Shown here: positions 1-26,706 of the stretch, one piece after another
Position numbering within the stretch: the stretch's first letter is position 1
How the letters are laid out: every line of letters starts with the position of its first letter
Program-made: the position numbers and the translations under genes
The notes under the pieces: model-generated
The model's input: only the letters and a program-made list of their open reading frames with translations
Told to the model about the DNA's origin: nothing
The model's database searches: none
Source: Lama guanicoe
Lineage: Eukaryota
DNA length: 64,000 nucleotides
Assembly: GCA_013239625.1 (NCBI GenBank)
Contig: MU053136.1
Location: 266,017-330,016, forward strand
Direction: 5' to 3'

Positions 1-852
1 AGAGAAAGAGCACTAGTAGAGAGAAGTGGGATTGGGAATGGGAACCTGAAAATACACATTCTAAAAATACACCCATTACCTTTGACAATCTGCATGGCAC
101 ACGCATGATAGACTTGCTCCTGAGTCGTGTTTGGGGGGAATACACGGTCAAAGACATATGGCTTCCCCTGGAGTGGAAATAAAAGATGGCAGATGTCAGC
201 AGACAGGTGTGAGGGAGGAGAAATACCTGAGAAGGCACGTTCTTCAAACTTCAGTATGCACGGACAATTATAGGGATGAGAGAAACTAAAGAGAAACAAA
301 ATTTAGAATCGGCACCAGGAGCTGTGTCTGTAGCGGAGAGTGTCATTAAGGAGCATCACACAGTGGGACGGCGTGAGGGGATCTCAGGCTTGGTATGATG
401 ATTCAGCACTCACCGTCCCAGACCCCCTCCCTAGAAACCAAATGGGAAAAGACAACAGGGCCACAGGCTGTGGAGAATGAAGAACAATTTGTTAACTTAA
501 AAATCTACCACTAAGTTAAGAAATATCTTCCTTAATAGATCTATATGACTTGATATGGAAAGATCTTGAAGATGCATTAAATGAAAGATGCAAAGTTAGC
601 GATAAATGACTAGTATATTGCTTATTGCATAAATGAAATATACAAATACTGAGCAACTGAGCTGTTGTGGGACTATTAACACAAGCTTTCTCTTTGTGAA
701 AAGAACATATGGAGTTAGAAATACGGTTCTCCCTTTAGGGAATCAGCTTTAAGTAAAGAGACACTGTGAAGCATATCACCCAGACCTACAAGTTCTTTGT
801 TTAATTCAGGTCATGTGTTATGAATCATGTGTGCTGATAAGAATGCTGAAGT

Positions 853-1006
853 GGGGGGAGGGTATAGCTCAGTGGTAGAGTGTGTGCTTAGCATGCATGA
901 GGTCCTGGGTTCAATCCCCAGTAGCTCTGTTTAAGTAAATAAAGAAACCTAACCTCCTCCACCACCACCCCCAAAAAAAGTCAAAAAAAAAAGAAAAAGA
1001 AAAAAA
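853..1006 (+). mobile_element. tRNA-Ala-derived SINE (camelid Vic-1-like)
   Basis: Head with Pol III A and B boxes (TAGCTCAGTGG, GGTTCAATCC), C-rich body, A tail and a degenerate TSD (aagaatgctgaag / aaaaatgctaaag). Confidence 0.85.
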
Positions 1007-2599
1007 TGCTAAAGATATAAAATATTTACAACTCAGGGAGACAAACAGAATATATTTGCTACCTAATCACATTAACGGGAAGATCTCTGGTGAGATTAAA
1101 TGAGGCTACGCTTGTTCTCCATCGTAGCAAGTTTCTCAGTCATGTTTTCCTGTCATTCGGTATAAAGAGACTATGACTTAGTTGTCAAATTGCTTTACTA
1201 CAGAGACCACCTTTATTCAACTGATATGTAAAACTCCAGGTCCATGGACACCAGAGTTTGGGACACACATTGTAAATAAGTAAGAAAAGTGAAAAAATTT
1301 GGTTAAAACTGGAGACGTGGCTCTAGGTACACCCACAGTACTGCAACAACATATGTGGAATCTTTTTGCAGAAGCAATCATACAAAAGCACTAACAGGGG
1401 TTATTTTGGGGAGAGAAACTGGGAGAGGAGGCTTTCATTTTTCATTTTGTATCCTGGAAGGTTTACATTTTTAAACCATGTACAAGTTGTATGTTTTATT
1501 TTTTTAATGCCAAAGAGAGTGAGACAATAGTGTATTATTCTGTTTCCTTCTTTTTACTTCTCTGCAAAAAGGATATAAATATTTTTTGTAATATTTAAAA
1601 GATTTTAAAAGTCTGGCTCCTGATAAAAATCTACCTGGAATATTTACCTGCTCTCCCTGTGGGGAAAGTCTCCAAAGCCCAAAAAACAGAAACCACAAAG
1701 AAAAAGCAAAGGTGAAGGTGCCCTCTACAATGAAGGGAGTGCTGTAAGCAGACAGAGCCTTTCCAGAGGACAACATTATTAAATATTTAAACGTCCATAC
1801 TGGTCGTTCCCTGTACCAGCGACCCCAAAGCTAGGCATTCATTTTACATCACTTGCTTAAGCACTGAAAGATATATGTAGAAGGATGTTCACTGCAGCAG
1901 TATGTATATTAAAGAAAAACTGGAAACAATTCACACCTCCATCACGAACATGCTGGCTATGATACCTCCATAATCTATCCCCATTAAAATGAGGAAGGTT
2001 GGTTTGTGTATACTGACCTGTCCAAGATCGATTACGTGAAAAAAACAGACAACGTGTATAATGTGTTTTTATATTTTTAAAAAGCACATGGATAGAATAG
2101 CCTTAGAAAAAAGATATGGAAGACTATGTACAGATCCATTAATGGTGGTGATGGCCCGAGAGCAGAACGACAGGAACTCATACTTACTACACTTCTTCTG
2201 TGACACGTAAATGTTTTACAATGGCATCATACTGCTTTTAAATTAAAAAAAATAAAATAGTATAGATGATGTTAAAGAAAAATGTGTGATGACACGACAA
2301 GGTATGCACAAAATATTTTTTAAAGGTGGGTTTTAAAATAGTATGTGATGTAAAAACACACACAAAAAGTACATAAAGGATTATGCCATTTCTATAAAAA
2401 AAGATCATGTATACGTGCATAAGTGCATACCTTACATAGGAAAACATGTTAACTGGCTGTCTTTCAGCAGTGGGATTTTAGGAGTTTTTGTTGTTCTTTT
2501 TGATTTAGATTTAAAGCCATTCTAAAATGAAAATGCCTGATTTTTAAATAAGAAAAATTTAAATTTCTAAAACAAAGATATTAATATTCTTACTGTGTA

Positions 2600-4450
2600 A
2601 AGAACTCTCATAAGGTAGTAACAAAAAGACAAAGCTAACCAGAAAAATATGGGCAAGAGTTAGGTACTAACAGCAGAAGAAGAAATACAAATGTTCAATA
2701 AACATAAAGATACTCAACATTTTTGAAGAAAAAAATAGTAATGTCATTTTTCACCCATCAAACTTGAAAACAAAAACTTAATTGTAATACCCAGAACAGA
2801 TAGGGGTTCAAGAAGGTATAATTTCCTTGAAATGGGCACCTTCATGCTTTTCTGGTAGGACAGTACAGCCATACTTTTAAGGGGGCAATTCAGAAATACA
2901 TAATCAAAAGCCTTGAATTGTACATATCCACCGACCCAGATATTCTACTCCTGAGAATTCATACTATGGAAATGTTAGCTATAAGAATGTTTATCACACT
3001 GCTCATAAAAATGAGAAACGGAAAACAACTGAAAGGAGTTACATTTAGGGGACTAGTTAATGTAAGGAACTTAAACTATGGCACATACATATATTTTCTC
3101 ATTTACTGTTATTTAAAATGATGTCATAATAGGACATCAATAAATGTCAAAAATGTGTTGAGTGAAAGAATTCAAACTCAGAGAGTATGTACTGTACTAT
3201 TCTCTTTATATTAAGTTCAAGAATGGACAACACTTATGTGTTGTAATAGAAGTCAAAGCAATGATTGCCTTAGGGTAATGTTGACAGAAAGGGGGCAAAA
3301 GAGAGTTTTGAGGGGCAGTAAAAATGCTCTAGATCTCAGTCTGGGTAGTGGTTACACAGGTGTCAAAATATCTCATAAAATTCATCCAGTCATTTGCATA
3401 AGATTTGTGCACTCACTATGTAAATTGTGTCTCAGTAAGTGCTATCATAAAATATAACATCATAAAATGATGTGATAATGGCTCCTAAAAGATGAATTAT
3501 GCACAACCTCACTGTTAACGAGAAATGAATATTAAGACTATGAGGTATCATTTTAATGTATCAAAGTGGCCAAAATAAAATAGTTTGACGATGCATTGCA
3601 TTGGCTGGGCCCTTAAATATTTACATGGTCATTCAATTGTTTGTAACAGCAAATGATTGGAACAACTCTAAATATCCATATCCATCAATAGGGACTCAGC
3701 TAAGTAAATGGTGGCATATCCCTTTAGCTAATTATACAGTTGTTTAAAAGAATAAGATAGATCTTTATGTGCTGATATATAGAAGGATCTCCAAGACTCA
3801 TTGTTAAGTTAAAAAAAAAAACACCAAGGTACTAGGGCGTGGGGGTACAGCTTGTGCTTAGCATGCACGAGGTCCTGGATTCAATCCTCAGTACCTTCAT
3901 TTAAAAAAAAAAAAGCAAGGTACAGAATAGTATGTATATAGTATGCTACCGCTTGTATAAAAAAGTATATATATGTATAAATGTATTTGCTTATAAATGT
4001 ATGGTATGCCTTCAGAAGGATCCACAAGAAACTGGTTAATAAGGCTGCCTTCTGACAGGGGAACTGGTGACTACAAAAGAGGGGTAGGAAGGAGGCTTAC
4101 TTTTCCTTGTTCATTTTTTTATATCATTTGAATTTTGTCACATGTACATGTAAGGCATTCAAAAATTAAATCAAAGATTTTTAAAAATAAATGAAAGTAT
4201 GTAAAATTTTAATGATGGTAAGACAGTCAAAAATGGGTTTCAAAACAATATAGAATTTGTGATACACTTTTATTAAAATTCTTATTTATATATATTTAGA
4301 AAAAACCCACTGGAAACAAAAACATCAAATTGTTAACAGTGTTTTTCTTGGGGTGGTGGGATTTTGACTGATTTTTAGTTTCTTCTACGTGCTTTTCTTT
4401 GTTTTTAACTTTGTCAACAATTAAAATATATTAGTGTCGAAATCAGATTA
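2600..4450 (+). mobile_element. Degenerate ancient L1 (L1M-type) fragments in KIF5A intron 1
   Basis: AT-rich sequence with L1 3'-region-like phrases; boundaries approximate. Confidence 0.5.
3835..3914 (+). mobile_element. tRNA-Ala-derived SINE, internally deleted
   Basis: Same family head, A tail, flanked by the direct repeat caaggtac. Confidence 0.75.
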
Positions 4451-4941
4451 TGTTTAGTATTATTAAAGAAAAATCTACCTTGATTCTTTTTTTAAGGTTT
4501 GAGTAAGCTTATGAATTATTCATAGGACTTTAGTGAATTTTTCACCCTTTTTATCAATAGTTTGTCATTACACTTCATTACAAAGAATAAAATTCTTATT
4601 ATGTAGAGTAAAATCATACAGTGTTACAATGAACAGATTTAAAGTGGCCTTGATGCCTCACCTTCTCAGTGATAATATCTTTTCTTTCATTTTGTTTTAT
4701 TTCTTAATTGAAACTTGATTCTTGAATTGTAATCTAACTCAATATTTCTCCCACCCAGTGGCAAGGAAACAGAAACAAACAAAACACGTCCATCTCAGCC
4801 CAGTGACTCTCACCTATTCTCCACCAATGATGTCTATCCATGCTTCTTGAAGCCAGGCATGCAGCCAAAGGGGGTTAAATATAACGCTCGAGCCAACCTT
4901 GCCCCTCCCTTCTTCCCTTCTGGGAATGTGTGTATCAACTC

Positions 4942-4949
4942 CCTCTCTC

Positions 4950-4981
<32 letters not shown>

Positions 4982-5000
4982 CCACACCCACACCCACCCA
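4942..5000. repeat. Compound (CT)n(CA)n(CACACC)n microsatellite
   Basis: Read directly. Confidence 0.85.
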
Positions 5001-5873
5001 GTTGCAGGATTCCAGAGGTTGCTGCGGACGCATTAAAATGGAGGGCGCTCTCCAAGTGCTGAAGGCAGTTATCGCCTGAGGAACCCCTTTTCCTCAGCCT
5101 AGGCTGGAATGAAGGAAAAGCCTAGAAAGGGAGGAAGGGGAGCGTTCTGGGAACTGTGGGGATAAAAAATATCCAAGAGCTAAAAATGGGTGCACTTAGT
5201 AATCTCGTGAGCAGGGAAAGCCAATAGACATAATTCCAGGGTTTCTGGGAAGGCCTGCTACTCCTTCCCTACTCTTGGTTGAGCCCTTAGATCTAGTTCA
5301 TTACTTTTTCCTAAAATTTTTATGTCTGTTACAATATAAATGTCTTTTAATTTTCTATTGATCATAGTCAGGAAGAATTCGTTCTGTCAGATCTTTCTAT
5401 GAGAATAACGAGGCCGGTGGTTTTCTACATTTTCTGCCTCTGGATTACTCACTTGGGAAACATCACCAGTATTTACATCTCTGATGACACATAATGACTC
5501 TGAGTCATACTGTAGTATGTCGTGGGGGGTTTCTTATCAGAATCTGGGGAAGTATATGTACACTTAGCAAAAGCCATCTCTGATGCCCCTTCCCTGGACT
5601 CTGCCCAGGCCGCTCTGCAGCCCGGTTCACCATGGACACCAGGAATTTCCCAAAGTCAGGGATTCACTCTAAATCCCCAATATCAAGCACAGTCCTTGGC
5701 CCATAGGATGCTCTTCATAAATATTTGTTGAATAAACACAGACACTGATGGAAGAAGAGAGCATGAAGATACTGGGGACTGGACATTTGGATGAAACAAC
5801 CAGTAAAAGGGGAAAATGTTAACCACTTCGCAATTATGTCAAAGGCTAGCTTATGGGAAGATAGCATATACAA

Positions 5874-5910
<37 letters not shown>
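5874..5910. repeat. (AAT)n microsatellite
   Basis: About 12 AAT units at the end of a MIR. Confidence 0.9.
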
Positions 5911-6133
5911 TCATCTAACTCTCGTCGGGAGTTTATTATGTGCCTGTCCCTGGGCTAAGCAGCTTATATGCATTATCTCATTTAATGCTCATAGGAATCC
6001 TAGGGGGTAGGTACTATTATTATTACATTTTATTAATGGGGAAATTGAGGTTCAGAGAGGTAAGGTAGCTTCCCACAGTCACACAGCTGAGAAACGGTAG
6101 AGAACGGTTTCAAATGCAAGCAATCCGATTCCA
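5910..6133 (-). mobile_element. MIR SINE
   Basis: MIR core in reverse (ggggaaattgaggttcagagaggtaag...gtcacacagct). Confidence 0.75.
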
Positions 6134-8819
6134 TACTCATCCTGCCGAAGTGATCCCAGAACTGATGTGCCAAGAACGCATCAGAGCCTTATCATGGCTT
6201 TTCCTTCCCCTTGCCCACCTGGCCCCCTCCATTTGGGAATTTCTTCAAATGTTTCTGGACAGAACTAAAGCACTTCATCACTCCTCTTTTCCCACCTCAA
6301 CTCCCTTTTAGAAGAACGCAGTTCTCCCACTCATCCGGGGAGTCTCTTTCACCATCTCTACCTCCAGATAATCAAAGACCCTGTGAGTTAGTGCAGCCAG
6401 GGACTGGAAGATTGTTAAATTAGGAACACTCATAGAACCCTCTACCTTTGAGGAATGCCTCTGTGATCCACTCTCTCTCCACCCACAGCAGTCTAGGCAC
6501 TCCTCATAGCCTCCCCCGGAGGGCTTCTCTTCAGAGTCTCGCAACCCAGGACTCCCTGTTCTCCTCTGACCCACTCCAAGCTTCCCTGCGGTCTCCCATT
6601 TGGTCCTGTCTCCAGCACTTTAGGTAGTTTTCCATTATGTGTACTGACTAAAGCTAATGGGAGGACCTGACATCCAAAGATGACCAACCTTTTCAACCTT
6701 TACTAAAGCACTTGGTAGAGACTGAACTTCTGAGCACCGGGCCTGATTTCTGTAGTGACACTCCTGGGGACTGTTGCCATGGTAACACTGGAGAGGCACC
6801 AGCCACGGTGAACATTACCTCCCCTCTCCATTTTCCTTTATGAGGCTACCCCAAGGCTAAGGGGAGAACTGCTCCCTCTCTTCAGGTATCAAAGGAATCC
6901 CGGGTTACCCCAAACAGCGCTGACTCTGCTCCAGTAATCCTGCTGGTCCCAACCAGGGTTTTCTACATGAGGTACTTGATGGCCCTGTGTTTTTGCCTCC
7001 CTAAGAACCCACTTCACTATCAGGAGATAGAAGGAAGGTAGAATACTTGAATGAGAGAGGAAAGGAGAGGGGAAGAGAGAGAGGTGGGGGGAGGGGCTGT
7101 GTGTTTCCTTACTGTCATCCCTCCTGTCTGGTGCAGATGCAGCAGCAGAGAGCAGGCACCCTGCCCACCAGGACCAAGGCAGAAAGACACTTAAACAGGT
7201 CCGCTTAAAGTCACAGCGGATTCTGAGTGACACAAGAGCAAAACAAGGTACACAGTACGCACAGACAGTGACCCAGACACCCTTCTACTATGACTCAGGC
7301 CATGAATTGGGCTAAGCCCCATCCCAGATTCTTGGGAGAAGTCAGGGGAGTGGGGGAGGAATAAGGCTCACGGAGCTGTCTTCCCACCTTATTCTCCTAC
7401 ACTTTGCCAAGCAGAAAAAGCCCACGAACGTTAGGGACTCTGTAGCCCGAGCTAGCCGCATTGCTGCAGAGGCAGAGAGAAGAGCTAGCTGTTAGAGAAA
7501 GGAGCAGAGGCTGGGCTTGGAGAGATTATTCTTCCCTCACCTTCCCAGACATTCTGAAGCAGCCTCCTCTATTAATTCCTCAGACAGTTTCCCATACGCT
7601 GGGCCCCAAAAGGAGCTAGAGGAATACAGAGGAAAGGGGGTGGGAGATTTCTTTCCCTGTTGGGATCCTCAAGGTGCTCCTCAAAATCATCTCTCCTATA
7701 GCCCCCATCCTCCTGAATGAGGAATAAACAGAAAGCCTGGGAAGACAAGCTCCAAGGATGCTGCCTGAGACAAAATGGCCCCCCACAAGCACGTATCTTG
7801 GAGGAAGAGATTGACAGGAAGGGCTAGAGGAAGGGAAGATACAGAGCAGACAAAGGGACAGCCCTGCAAATTGCAGGCAAAACTGATAAGGAGGACCAGC
7901 TGTGGAGTAAGATAGAATCTGAATTGGCAGGGGGCCCTGGGCTGGCTTCTCTCCTCCCTCCCCACCTTCCACCACCACATCTCTCCTATTTAGCTGGGTG
8001 AATTGGACAGATCAACACAATTCCTTCTCCCAACGTCACCCCCACGCCCCGAGCATAGCACATCAGGATGGATGACCCAAAGAGCCTAAAGGAGTCGGCT
8101 CAGACTTACCTAAAAAACCTAGAGCAAGGAAGCTAGGCTTAAAAGTGGAAGCCATTTATGGATTTGCTCCTCCACAACCATCTCACTCATGTTTCTCAGT
8201 CTTTATGTCACAGGGGGCCCTCAAGCTCTAATTCTCCAGCTACTGCCCCACTGTCCAGACTATTCAGAAAGGAGGCCCTGAGGGCTGATTTAGACTATTG
8301 TAGCCTGGCCAGAGGGACCAGACTGCAAAGCCTAAGGTCCCTGAGACAAAGAGAGACAGGGGCCCTTTCTATGTGGCAAACACAGACATACATAAGCACA
8401 CACACAAGGCAAAACATCCATTTGAGTTCACAGTGTGAGTGAGAGAGCCCGGTGAAAGACTAGGGCCCTTGGGGACAGAACATGTAAGCAAGTGTCTTCC
8501 TAAGGCATGTTTACTCAAAGTCCCATTCTGCCTGATTCAGAAGGCCCAGGCTCCCTCCCCTCGTGCCAAGCACTATGGATCAAAGATACATAAGAAATGT
8601 CCCTGACCTTGAGGACTGCCCTTATATGTGCTCTCCCTCCTCAGACTGATTACAGTCTCCTGGCCCAGCACACCTCAAGCCTCACTGGACTGGACTGCAG
8701 GCCCTTTCTCCCCATAGCCTAACAGTCCCTACCAACCTAGGAAAGGGGAGGTAGGTGAGGAATTCCCAAGGAATCCCTATGGTGCCATCACAGAGAAAGG
8801 TCCAGAACAGAAATCTGCA

Positions 8820-9030
8820 GAGGCAACGTGATACAGAAGAAAAGACAGGAGCTTTAGAGTCACAGATTCAGTTTCAGATCCATGAATTAACAGTGTGACC
8901 TTGAGAAAATCAATCGAATTCTCTGGGCCTCAATTTCCTCATCTGTAAAATGGAAATATTAATACCTTCTTCAGAGTGTTGTTTTGAGGATTAAATAATA
9001 CATGCAGAGTAACGAGCACACAGTGACTAT
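8820..9030 (+). mobile_element. MIR SINE
   Basis: MIR core gtgtgaccttg...cctcaatttcctcatctgtaaaatgg. Confidence 0.75.
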
Positions 9031-9649
9031 TAGTTCTCCTTCTTCATAAGGTCTCCCGGGTGGGTAGGGGCTGTCATGATGAGGTGCAGGGGGTGGCCTG
9101 CTACTTTTTATTGGCTCATCAAGAGGGATGAATAAGCAAGTACTTGTTAGGATCTCAGGGTTTGGTTATTTTTATTTGTTTGGGGGAGTTGGGGGCGGGA
9201 GGTGGTCTGAAATCCTCTTCCTACCGTTCCATGGGAGGGAAAGGCAGACGTTTCCTTAGGACCCAGTGGCTCCCCCACCAAACTGGGTGTGGCATCAATG
9301 TATTTCTCAGAATACCCTTCATTAGATAGGTGCCCTTCCCCCACGTCCAGGCTGAAACTATTTCAGGGATGAGGGGGCCTTGGTTCTAGAGCCCACCCTC
9401 ATTTGTACCTCCGCAGAGACCTTGGACTGCCCACCTCCCACCAAGCCCAGCCACTAATCTTCCCCCTCCCTTCCTGGGAGGTGGGGGTAGAGATCTGAGC
9501 CAATAACAAAGGGAAGATGCGCTTTCCCTAGGGAAGAGGGAAAACATCAGAAAAACACGGGACTTACTCTGAGGGGTGGGGACGCTGCAGAGAACAGCAA
9601 AGGGGAATCGGGTCCCCTGATCGAGGGAAAGTAGCCCCCTCCCACTCTG

Positions 9650-10320
<671 letters not shown>

Positions 10321-11804
10321 TTGCTCTCTTCTCGCCTCCTCTCCCCACCCCTAATGCTCAGAGATTACCTTCCCCTTACCCCTACCCCACCCAAGTCACT
10401 CACTACGTCCCAGCCCCCACATGTCTGGCTCGTAAGTCCCTCCCTCGGACTCCACCCCCTTGGAAGGACTAAGGGGTCTGAGGTGGGCGGGTCTCCTGTT
10501 GGGGAAGAGAGTCAACAGCGCCTCCACCTCCTTCGTTCCAAGGCATCATCTACCCTCATCACAGGCCTCTCTCCAAATTGAGAGCACACCTCTCCTTCCC
10601 TTTTCCCGTAACGCACGCAAAGATCCGCAGCACACTCAACCTTCAAGGGCAGCTGCATGTAGCCCTATGGAGGTGGGTGTCCAGGTGCCATTTTTCAGAG
10701 AGGTGTGTCAGGGGAGATCTGCCTCTTCCCTTCCCCTTCTACATCTAAAGGTGCAGTCCACTCTCTCCCAACCAGGTCCCCGGTTGGAAGGAAGCCAAAC
10801 TCCCATTCTGGGCTATCAGAATTCAAAAGCAGATAAAATTCTCATTTTTGCCTCATAGGTTGGGACTGGAATGGAGGTGGGCAAGAGTAACTATTGCAAG
10901 AGGAAGGGTGTCAGAAAGCAGTGAGGGAAGGGTAATGATGAGGGTGGGTAAGACCAGAGGGGCTATGAAAAAGGACTTCTACAGCAGAATCTGCATTTGG
11001 GCTTCAGGCAGATTTAGGCACTTACGTGAGTGTGTTTCCTGTCCCAGTACTGTTGGACAGAATCCCAACACCCCAGCCCTTTCTGGGGCCTTTCTTCTCT
11101 GTTTCTCCCCCTTCCCTGCCACACCTAAAGATTCCTTGTCCTTCCTCCCCTCAGGTCATACTCCTGCTGCAGCCCCTGGGCAGAACCACCTAGAAGCTGG
11201 CTGGATTGATTTTTTTCTCCACATCACAGGGCCTCTGCTGGCCAACAGAGTTAGACTGCAGGAGTTGAGGCTCTAGGCCAAGGCGAGGAGCAGGGTGATG
11301 GGAGAAGGGAGGAGGGGATTGAGGTTAAGTCTAGACTGGTAAGTGTCTAAGTGACCTTAGACACTCTAAGACAAGGATGAGAGAATGATTCCTGGCGAGA
11401 CAAAACCTAACCACTCAGAACTGAGCTGAGGGGGTTTCCTGAGTTGAGCATATACCCCTAACCCACCTTTAATCTTAAGGAAACTGAAGGATAGGGGTTC
11501 AGCATAAGAAATTGGATGGGAAGGTAGTAAGACTATGGAGAAAGAAGGGTAGAGGCTTGGGGAGGAGCCAGGAAAGTATACATAGAATGACAATGAGTTC
11601 TAAACTCAGGAAAATAGGCATCTCTCCAGTCACTTGGTCTGGCACTATTTCTAATTGTTGCAGCATCCTGCAAGCTCAGGAAATATCCCAACCCCAGGTC
11701 CCCAGGGACTCCTGGGTAGCATCCTTAGTGGAGGGGTTTCAAAATGCTAATCCATGGAGGGTCACCAGTCAGAGACAAAAGTTTACTATATATGCACCTC
11801 CCCC

Positions 11805-11807
<3 letters not shown>

Positions 11808-11838
<31 letters not shown>
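11808..11838. repeat. (CA)n microsatellite
   Basis: Read directly. Confidence 0.9.
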
Positions 11839-11842
<4 letters not shown>

Positions 11843-12155
11843 TCGGTAAGTTTTTCATAAAGCTGGATTTGTTAAATTTCAAAGGACTATCTTTTTTTCT
11901 GAGAGTCCTAAATGTCCTTCTGTACTTTTCTACTAAATAATGATGATAATACAGAGTACATTTTCTTTTTTTTTTAACGTACTTATTCGGCAAAATATAA
12001 AAGTAGCAATACTATGTCTATCTTCAAAACACGTTGTTTTAATTGTATTGATCTGTGAAATTCAAAAGTTCGAAAACCATTAGTGAAGGGATTAGGAGCA
12101 CATAGGGCGTTCAGACAGACATAGTCCTACCAAGTACCTGTTTATGAACTTGACA

Positions 12156-12625
12156 TAGAATTGCCAGATTTGAAAAACAGAAACAGGATTTCTACTAAAT
12201 TTGAATTTCAGATAGGGGGAAGGGATAGCTTAGTGGTTGAGTGCCTGCCTAGCATGCACAAGATCCTGGATTCAATCCCCAGTACCTCCACTTAAAAAAA
12301 AAAAAAAGGTAATTACTTCCTCCCCTAAAAAAAATACAAGGGTAGATCATATCACTCCTCATCTCAAAATCTTCCAGTGTCTTCCCATCTCCTTCAGCAT
12401 AAAAGCCAAAAAAGTCCTTACTACAGCCTACAAGTCATTCCCTCTAGCCCTCTGACTTCATCTCAATTTGAATTTCAGATAAAATATTCATAGTTTTTGT
12501 AGGTGTGTTAGGATATCCCAAATATTGTATGGGACATACTTACGCTGAAGGAAAAAAACAACTATTAGTTGTTTATCTGAAATTCAAATTTAACTAGGCG
12601 TTCTGTACTTTACCTGACAGCCCTA
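12156..12625. mobile_element. MER53-like palindromic DNA transposon, interrupted by an insertion
   Basis: TTGCCAGATTT...AAATTTGAATTTCAGATA left arm and TATCTGAAATTCAAATTT...CTGACAGCCCTA right arm, with central ATCCCAAATATTGTATGGGACATACTTA. Confidence 0.8.
12215..12334 (+). mobile_element. tRNA-Ala-derived SINE inserted in MER53
   Basis: Same family head, body and tail as the copies at 853 and 44102. Confidence 0.85.
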
Positions 12626-13186
12626 AACAGCCCTAGCTTGAGAAGATTACTTAACTTTTTCATTCCTAACATGACTAAGCCTTTACTAAATTTTACTTCT
12701 TGTTACTGTTTTGAAGCCCTGTCTGTGCCACAGCATGCCTAGTTGTGTTGTTTCTATCTAGTCACTTAATTTCTGGGAGTCCAAATTTATTCCTCTGAAA
12801 AACAGGAATTATAAAAGCTCTTTCACAGACTTGACTTAAAAATGAAAGAAAAGGGGTGTGAAATCACGGTCCCCGCCCAAGCCCGGTGGACCAAGACTAC
12901 ACATCCCACAATCCCAGACGGCGTTTCCCCGCCATTACCTCATTCCCTAGCCTCGTTCTCGCCAATCCCTGCCTCTCCAGGGGTGTGGCAGCGGGCTGTT
13001 CTCGCGACTTTTGCTTTTCCCTTCTCTTGTACTACTTCTGTCGCGAGACTTCCTGCTCCTCCGCCTCCTCCGCCGCTCCCTTTGCGGCCGCCTTAGCCCG
13101 GGACCCGGACCCAGCCTCTCCCCTACCCGAACACCGGCCCCGGCTCCACCGAGGCCCCGGTTCCCCCACCCCGCCTCGCCGCCGCC

Positions 13187-26354
<13,168 letters not shown>

Positions 26355-26700
26355 GCACCTTTGGGAGGTGGAGAACAGGGGTAACCTGTACCCCTTTAAA
26401 CTCCGTTAACACCTGACACAGGGTTTCCCCTTAATCAAAACTCTTGCAACCCCATCCCATTTGACACTGGGGGCAAGGGGATCTTCTTGCATGTGGGGCT
26501 TACTCCCCTCCTCTGAAGAGTAGAGTGGTAGCTGAGGGGTGTTAGATGGTCTCCCCTCAGGCCACAGAGATGAGGACGTGGGTCCAGCCACATGCCAGCT
26601 CCTGTCCAGTACTGCTTTGCCTGGTGTGGGGAAGGACTGGGTCGTGTCCTCCAGCACAATTTCTGTGGCTGACTGTAATAATGTACAACTGTTTCTGACC

Positions 26701-26706
26701 ATTAAA
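26701..26706 (+). terminator. DCTN2 polyadenylation signal ATTAAA
   Basis: About 350 nt after the stop, preceded by TGTA elements and followed by GT-rich sequence. Confidence 0.7.

Noticed and set aside
853..930. Apparent tRNA-Ala(AGC) genes (also at 3835, 12215, 44102)
   Set aside because: Each continues into a SINE body and/or A tail, most with flanking direct repeats, and carries stem mismatches. They are tRNA-derived SINEs.
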